From NCBI GenBank assembly GCA_002269645.1, contig NIVC01004281.1, positions 1 through 51,858 on the forward strand: a stretch of 51,858 nt of DNA. The letters are read 5' to 3'. This document shows, piece after piece, positions 44,534 to 51,858 of the stretch. Each line of letters starts with the position of its first letter. Position 1 is the first letter of the stretch. This DNA comes from Macrostomum lignano (taxonomy: Eukaryota). Below the pieces are notes generated by a model that saw only the letters and a program-made list of their open reading frames with translations, did no database searches and was not told the DNA's origin. The position numbers and the translations under genes are program-made.

Positions 44534-47477
44534 CTAAAAGTACGGGCCCTCGCCCTGGCACCAGACGTCGCGAGGATCCGGCTCGCGCGGGTCGCCAGCG
44601 CTGGCGTCGGTCTCCAAGACGGCAGCAGCGACGAAGGCGGCGCCATCGTCTGGCGGAGGTCCGGCAAGCCGGCGGCTCTCGAAGCGGGCAAAGGTGGCGG
44701 TCTGGTGGCAGAACATGGCGAACTGGAACTCGCAGCGCTCGTAGCCGGCCACGAGGTCGGCGCTGCGCAGCTGGCCGTGCACGTCCGCGTGGCTGCTCTG
44801 CAGTGCGGGGGGCACAGGGAGCCTTGGTTGGACTTTAATGGCGTCAGACTAAGTATGACTGTCTTAGTGTCTCAGTTTTTTATGTCTTAGTGTCTCCGTT
44901 TTTTGTCTTAGTGGCTCAGTTTTTATGACTTAGTGTCTTAGTGTATCCGTTTTTTTGTCTTAGTGGCTCAGTTTTTATGACTTAGTGTCTCAGTTTTTTG
45001 TCTTAGTGGCTCAGTTTTTATGACTTAGTGTCTTAGTGTCTCCGTTTTTTGTCTTAGTGGCTCAGTTTTGTATGACTTAGTGTCTCAGTATCTCAGTTGT
45101 TTTATGTCTTAGTGTCTCAGTTTTTTATGACTTAGTGTCTCAGTTTTTTTATGACTTAGTGTCTCAGTCTTTATGTCTCAGTGTCTCAGTCTTTATGTCT
45201 CAGTGTCTCAGTCTTTATGTCTCAGTGTCTCAGTCTTTATGTCTCAGTATCTCAGTTTTGTATGACTTAGTGTCTCAGTTTTTAATGTCTTAGTGTCTCA
45301 GTTTTTACTGTCTTAGTGTCTTTGTGTGTCAGTTTTTTGTCTTTGTTTCTCAGTTTTTAATGACTGTCTCAGTTTTCAATGTCTGTGTCTCAGCGTCTGA
45401 GTTTTTAATGTGATTGTGTTTGTATCAATGCCTCAGTATCTGTCTAATGTCAGCCTGAATGACTCGGTGTCCATGGTCTTAGACAAAACTGTACAGATCC
45501 CGTCAGCCCGGCTTCCCCAGGCCGCCATCCTCACCTCGTCGCTAATGACGGTAACGATGAAGCGACTCGGCTGGAAGATGGCCACCACCTTGCCGACCAG
45601 TTCGGCCGCGTTCTCGCAGTGGTCAGTCTCGAAGCTGGCGTAGGAGGCGCACTTCTCCGGGGTCACGTGGACAGTGAAGTAGCGCTTCTGAAATGCAAAG
45701 CATTTGCTTGTAGCTGGCAATGACCATCTCTGGTTGGCGATGACCAATTTGAAGACCAATTATGACCAACCATTGGCAAAACTATTTTGTGAATCGGGTC
45801 TGGTCTGCTGCAATTGTGACAGGGCCCCTGTAGTTTCTGTGAACTTTAGCGGCACTGGCTGTGACAACAGCCTCCCATAGTTGCAGGTGCCCAGGCGCCC
45901 ATTGTCATGGAAATTTGCACAAGCGGTAAAATTCTCTGACAAGCCAGAATAATCTGTTTTATCTGGCGGAGTATCGAGATTTCAATCCACGTCTTCCCGC
46001 GGCAGACATTCAGGTTTTATCAAAATTGCTGACGCACTCGGTGAAGCACAGCCGAGTTTCTGCAGCAAATGCCCGCACAGATTACACCGAATGACGTCAC
46101 AGCTTCACGAAACGAGCCGCCTCTTGTTGCAGGCCGAGCAAAGGTCGCAGACGCGGTGACCGCAGTTGCCCGATAATTGGCCTGAATTACACAACTGCGC
46201 CAAATTAACCTGGCTGGTTAGCGAAAGGCAAAGTCTAGGGAGGAAGCGAGGGGCGTCGAACTCACGACTGAAAGACCCACTCGGAACAATTTTTGTCCTT
46301 GAGCAAGACACTTAACTCTGCATTGCTTCAGCTCACCCAGCTGTAAAAATCGGTACCAGCATTAGCTGGGGTAATTGAGGCTGTGTGTGGCGACCCCCCT
46401 CCCCCAAGTCCCTGGACTGAACAGCCGTACGCCGCCTTCAGACGTGCCGCGTAATAGCTGCGGCTGAGCTGTCGGTTGCACATCTGATCCAACTGGGGCA
46501 GGTGTAATAAATAAATATAATTATTATATTACTGCCGGCCTGATAGACCGCTGCAGATCCGCACACTAGCAAGAATGAATTTGATGAGCTGACGCCAAAC
46601 CAACCAGTCTATACTATTTCACACTGTACTAATCATGCCAATGTATCGGGTCTTTACTTTTGAGTCATCCATTGTATCGATTGATGAACAAATCCCCATT
46701 GCGTGAGTCATCACGCGAAATCATACACAGCCATACACACTGCATGCAAAAAACAGATTAAAAAACAACTTGCATTCTCCAGAAATTACTTACAGCAGGT
46801 GCAAACAATTTGCATTAATTATCAATAACCAATTAATATTTGCGATACAACAGAGACACGGCAGAAGCGCCACTAAGCAACTAACCTGGTCGATAATGCC
46901 ATTCACCGAGTAGCCGCAGGGCTCGAACAGGTAGTCATCGATCATCACGCTAGAGTTGGTGAACAAATCCGCGATGCCGGCAGACTGCGGGAGGGAGAGT
47001 ATCAGATTTGACAAGTGCAGCAACAGCCTGAGCCAATTCAGAGCTCAGTTAATAAACTGGCGCATGCTCGATGCTCACCTTGGTGACGTCCGAGGCGGTC
47101 CTGTCGCCTTCCTTGAAGAACAGCATCCGCTTGTCATTGTCCAGCGAGTTCATGATCACCTGCAGGCGGGAATGGGGGGAAGGTAAAGGGGAAGAAAAGC
47201 TGATTATTCTGGCGATCGGGAGCTGTCAGAGCAGAGGTACTAAGAGGGCCTCAGGGCTCACCTCAACAGTGCAGTTGGACCGGCGAGGGCTCCTGTTGCG
47301 GGAGAAGCAGAACAGATGGTAGCAGTCCGAGTTAGTGCTGCCCAGCACCCTAGCCAGGCCCTTGTCGAAATAGTTCAGCAGAGTCTCCGTCTCGCGCTTG
47401 AACTTCTGGTGCCTGAACGGCTGCTCGTCCGGATTCAGAAACTTCGGCCTCGAATAGAACACCTCCTGTGTCGGGGG

Positions 47478-47525
<48 letters not shown>

Positions 47526-49798
47526 TGATAGATCTAGGCACATAACAAACAGGTGGAGCAATCAGGCAACTCACAGCCACAGAATCAAACCCGACGCTCT
47601 TTCCCAGTCCAATGAAATCCTCGATAGCATTCAGCAGGTTGGTCTGGCCGCAGGTCTTCACAATCATTCTGTCCTCAAAGATGAACAGGCTGCTCTCGCT
47701 GTGAAAGACAGATTGATGCAGACAATAAATGAATATTCAAGTAAAAAGTTTAAAGTAAATTTAAACCAAAAACCGGACTTACCTGAGCAGGTAAGCAGTG
47801 ACTTGATCTGAGCGACATTCATTCAAGATGCTGCAGTTCACCTTGTCCAGAATCTTCTCAACATCATCTCTAAAAAAGAAACCCAGTTGTATAATTACAT
47901 AGGTTGTCTAGAACAATAAAAGAATACATTTCAATAGGGATAATATACTTGCAAATTTACTCAAAAATATTTTTTTTCTATTGTAATTATTACCTTAATC
48001 ATCTAAATCACAAGTTAAAAACATAAAAATTATAACTATGATTAGCTTTGTTAAATTAAACCAAGTTAATTATATCTTTAAACATCTTTGTTATTCCTGA
48101 AGGCCTATTAAAATATTTATTGGTTTTTTAACCAATTTTTTAAGATTAATAGAATAATGAAACTACCTATTATATTGGCTCAATTCAATTAAAATAAATA
48201 AAATACAAAGTTAGCTAATCAATATTATCATTCATGTTTTTTTTCATTTAATGAAATAAAATTAGATTTTTATACAATGTCAATGCTAATAAGATGAAAA
48301 AAGGAGGAAAAAAGTAATTTAGATATAACCTCATATTTATTGATAAGTTTTATACTTACTATTAAAAAGATAGTTTTTATAAATTTCAAAGAAAATAATG
48401 CTACTGAATAGCATTTTAAATCAAATCATTTAATGATGACAAATATTTACATTATAGACCTAAATATACTTATAATACAATAGCCTTATTATGAGAAAAA
48501 ATTATGGTGATGTTTTACTTTTGTGCAGTTAATTATTTTCTTAGAAAGCTACTATTTACTACTTAAATAGACATAAAATTTTATAACTTCATATTTTCTC
48601 TAATATAGTCTCTGATGATCAATTGAATAGGTAGATTCAATCAATTGTCAATTATTATGGCCAATATAGGGCCAATGCAATAGACTTATAACTTGAGCAG
48701 CTACACAATACAATTATTTTAGCTGGCTGCATACTAGCACTTAAAAGTATAACTCGAGCTATTTATTTTTGCTTTATTAATTTATAGCACTATTTACTTA
48801 GTTGATAATTTATCATTTATCCATTAAAATGCATCAATCTTTCCATTGAACCCATTTAGTATTCATTGTTAAACTAAACAGAAACTACAAATTTCTAAGA
48901 GAAAATATTACTTACTAAACTTCTAAAGTGAAAAGCTGCTACTAAAATACTTATTGATAGCTATAGGCATAGCTAGCTAAGCCTACAATAAGAAAAGGCA
49001 AAAAATCAATGATAATTTTCATAAGTGAAGACAAAAATATTTTATTTGCATACATGCTTGGGCGCAACCTAGGGATTCACCCAGCCGTTTCTATTGGCAA
49101 CACACACATGTAAGTTGCTATTGGACAGAATAGTAGTCACGTGACTGCTCTCAGCCAATAGCGACTTACATGCGTGTGTTGCCAATAGAAACGGCCGGGT
49201 GAATCCCTAGGTTGCACATGTATGTTTGCATAGAAGTTTAAATTTTTTTTAGTAATTTAATAAGTCTCTTAACTGATAAAATTAGGCCCCTGGTAGAAAT
49301 TGCAACACAGTTTTTAATTAGAATAAAAGATATGAGAACTAGAAACTGATTGCTTGAAATCCTAATTATAATAACACCAACTAAACTTACTCCTTAAAAT
49401 CTGTTTTATACCATTTTTTTGCTTTATATAGCATCTAATCATTTTGAGCTAATAAAATTAAAGAACTATGATATGAAACTTTTGTAATTTTGAATTCCTT
49501 TTAGGGCTAGTCTACCGTTTTTCATTTACTTGTTTGTGTGCAATTAATCATGGTATGAAAATTACCTGCGAAGGCGCAGTAAGTTTATCTCTGGCTCAGA
49601 GTCATTCTCGACAAGCTTCATTCTATTCGCTGCATAGCTTCCATTCCGAAATTTAGCAATGTGCCGACGAGGCCTTTGGAAGGAAATCTCCAACAGCTTT
49701 TCAGCTCCCTCAAAAGGCTTATCGACAATTGGATCTACAATTGATCCCATCTCCGAAGACGAAGGGGAGCTTGCGAAATCTTCTTGAAAACGTACCAT
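44534..49798 (-). CDS. AMD1: S-adenosylmethionine decarboxylase proenzyme, 8 exons, 414 aa
   Basis: Exons 49798-49566, 47869-47783, 47698-47575, 47465-47262, 47159-47079, 46984-46886, 45687-45535, 44797-44534 (1245 bp, in frame). Motifs FEGAEKLLE, YLLS|ESS (pyruvoyl cleavage site), KTCG, FEPCGYSVNG, TVHVTPE, SYASFET. Confidence 0.96.
44850..45400. repeat. Degenerate ~22-bp T-rich repeat (TAGTGTCTCAGTTTTTTATGACT)n, AMD1 intron 7
   Basis: Tandem degenerate copies. Confidence 0.88.
46205..46532 (+). mobile_element. Probable tRNA-derived CORE-type SINE in AMD1 intron 6
   Basis: A-box-like TGGCTGGTTAGCG, B-box-like GGCGTCGAACTC, central CCTTGAGCAAGACACTTAAC...CAGCTGTAAAAATCGG (46297-46353) resembling the MIR CORE, and an AATAAATAAATATAATTATTAT tail. 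TSD not clearly seen; ends approximate. Confidence 0.62.
47478..47533. repeat. (GATA)n microsatellite, AMD1 intron 3
   Basis: About 13 copies. Confidence 0.97.
49053..49224. mobile_element. 172-bp palindromic hAT-type MITE in AMD1 intron 1
   Basis: 8-bp TSD TTTGCATA (49045-49052, 49225-49232); right TIR GTTGCACATGTATG shared with the 11716 MITE; arms pair over most of their length around a central AGTCACGTGACT. Confidence 0.85.
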
Positions 49799-51316
49799 TA
49801 GCTTAGTACGCAGCACGCAGCACGTAATATGCCACGATACTTAATTTTCGCGTTCTTAGATTTTTACTATATTTAAAAACAGTTTGCAAATCATTTAAAC
49901 AAGTTGAACATAAAAACATTGACAACCTGCCATATATTCGGCAAAAATGCTTCATTTTACTAAATAATGATCTGTATACAAGTTTTGATCCCTTCTCTTG
50001 TATACAAGCCAGCAAAACAGCGTGTTTGACGACACATGTAGGAAGAACTGTATATTAACTATTAGTAAGATAAAAATCAAAATTTGTAGACATTTATCAA
50101 TTAAGTTATGAAAATGAATTTGTAAGAATTTACATACTTACGGTATAAAGATAATAGGGCCAAACCAAGACTTGTGGCAACAAAAGAACAAATTACTATT
50201 CGATCTCTCAATGTACATGATCCAGTGTGTGTACAGCTAGATAGATACATAGATAGATAGATAGATATCTAGTTCTATAGATTTGAGCATGAAAATAAGC
50301 AAATATAATAATTTGTTCAAAGTAATCAGTTAAATACCACCGTTTCCTTCAATGTCACGTACGAGTACCTGAGGAGCGTTGCCCATCGCTCATAGCAGTT
50401 AAAACGCTACATGTATAAGCACTCAGTCTGCCACTGAGCTGCCTGGTCTTTCATCAGGGCCAGATTCACTCGGGGCCAAACCCCGACGTTTGCAGACTAG
50501 AGAGCATACCGCTCCAAGGACTACTTGAGTATATGCTTTAGCTGTCCTTGACCGCTGCTTGCCCGGACGAGCTGAGTTCTCCCCATCACCGGTGAGGAGG
50601 ACCGCGCTGCAGGCGAGACGACGGGACTTAATTCGATGGAAGTCATTGGTCGCTACACCAGGGGATGGGCGGTCTCCTCCGCCTCCTCACTGCATCCGCT
50701 GGTCGATGCCCCTGGCGGCAAAGTCAAGCAAAGTCAGATACTATAGCCATAGCCTATGCTATTTAAATTCGCCCTCATAATATAAAAATATAAATGTTAA
50801 TCCTAAAGAATACAGAGATAGCGAATTATTTATTTATTGAAAATTAGAACGGGGGATCAGCATGAGAAGTTTATGCTTCTAATGGAGGGGAATATAGAAA
50901 AATTTCATGCTTGAAACTGACCTTATTTTGCAATTATTCTACATTTTGCTGCACATGCAGATTTAACTGATATGATTTCCAAATCTTGATGCAACAGCGC
51001 GCGTTCCACCAAATTTGACTGACTCGCGAATGAGTCACACACTTTCACATATAGACGGTAGATACAGGTACAGGTAAGATAGCAAACTATGTATATTGCA
51101 GTGCAATTTTGGGCGTAAAAGCACAGCCTGCTGGCGTAATTTGAATCTTGCATAAACAGAATTCAATCACCGCCAGTTAAGGAAATTTTGATTTCCGTTT
51201 GCGATGTCTGCTAAAATTCGAACGCTATAAATGCGGTGCACCAGGGGCGGATTGCAAAACATTTTTCATCAGCTCAGTCAGCTTAAAACTTCACAAGCAG
51301 AGCAGCCAAGTTAAGC

Positions 51317-51858
51317 ATGCCTTCAAGATTTAGGGGCTTCTCGGTGCTGACAGTCTGCTACACGCTGCTGCTGGTTGCGCTCTGCTCTCAGCCGCAGCTC
51401 ACAGCCGCAGGAGTCAACAGCTCCGTGAGCTCGATTTCAATCAGCCAGGAAATATCGATTGTGTCAGCCTCGGTGAACAGCTCGGTGCACAGAGAGGCTC
51501 TGAGAGTCCTGGAGATTGACGGCTGCCAGGCGGCGGTGCACAAGACCCAGCTGAGCAAGGCCAGCTTCCTGCTGGAGCCGCTGCTGTGCTGGCGGCCGGC
51601 ATGGAGCAGCTGCTCTGTCCGGGCTTCGACTACGCCAGGTCGCGCCACTTCCTGCGCATTCCCGTCCTGCTGGCCGACCGGCGTTCGCTGACAAGGCCAA
51701 GCGGCGGCTGCACGATCTGTTCCCGACATCCGTCAACTTCATGAACATTGGCGCGATCCAATTCCAGCTGTCAACTGACAGCGCTGCAGTGGAAGCCGAA
51801 CTGGAGAAGAGGCTCGGCGTTGCTGGCGCCGCACCTACCTGCTGCTGAGGTCCTACTG
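51317..51858 (+). CDS. 5' part of an unidentified, probably secreted or membrane protein; runs off the window
   Basis: ATG followed by hydrophobic VLTVCYTLLLVALCS and GC3-rich codons. A coherent frame (LLVLAAGMEQLLCPGFDYARSRHFLRIPVLLADRAFADKAKRRLHDLFP...) appears only if single bases are restored near 51586, 51680 and 51818. No family recognised. Confidence 0.5.

Noticed and set aside
49803-49830. uORF end LRAAY resembling the plant SAMDC uORF (FRSAAY)
   Set aside because: A four-residue match only; the rest of the peptide is unrelated.
50420-50470. Hammerhead ribozyme (CTGATGA on -) or tRNA-like head (GCAGCTCAGTGGCAGA)
   Set aside because: No correctly placed GAAA/stem II/cleavage triplet, and no B-box or cloverleaf.

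Overview
Eukaryotic, intron-rich animal genomic DNA; no prokaryotic features or CRISPR. The mix of GC-rich exons, minisatellite-filled introns and AT-rich TE-bearing blocks suggests a flatworm such as Macrostomum, which is an inference from style only. Six recognisable host genes could be spliced by hand: a CRAL-TRIO lipid-transfer gene (+), a perilipin gene (-) nested in its first intron, a QPRT-like gene (-), LMF2 (+), a MEST-like alpha/beta hydrolase (-) and AdoMet decarboxylase AMD1 (-). A secreted-looking ORF starts at the right edge. A very young 9.4-kb Ty3/Gypsy LTR retrotransposon (gag, -1 frameshifted pol, extra non-env ORF3) sits in the ~0.77-kb divergent promoter between the QPRT-like gene and LMF2. 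LMF2 intron 1 holds a non-autonomous hAT element with a 3.9-kb foldback element inside it, built of 186-bp satellite arms. There are also two hAT MITEs, a CORE-type SINE and about 16 different minisatellites. The top candidate for novelty is the QPRT-like gene: an intact 605-aa frame that has lost most quinolinate/PRPP-binding residues and gained an NLS-bearing low-complexity tail plus a predicted spliced C-terminal RanBP2-like zinc finger. Recurrent single-base losses, mostly in G/C runs, look like assembly errors rather than pseudogenisation. All alignments were done by eye from remembered family motifs; no searches were run.
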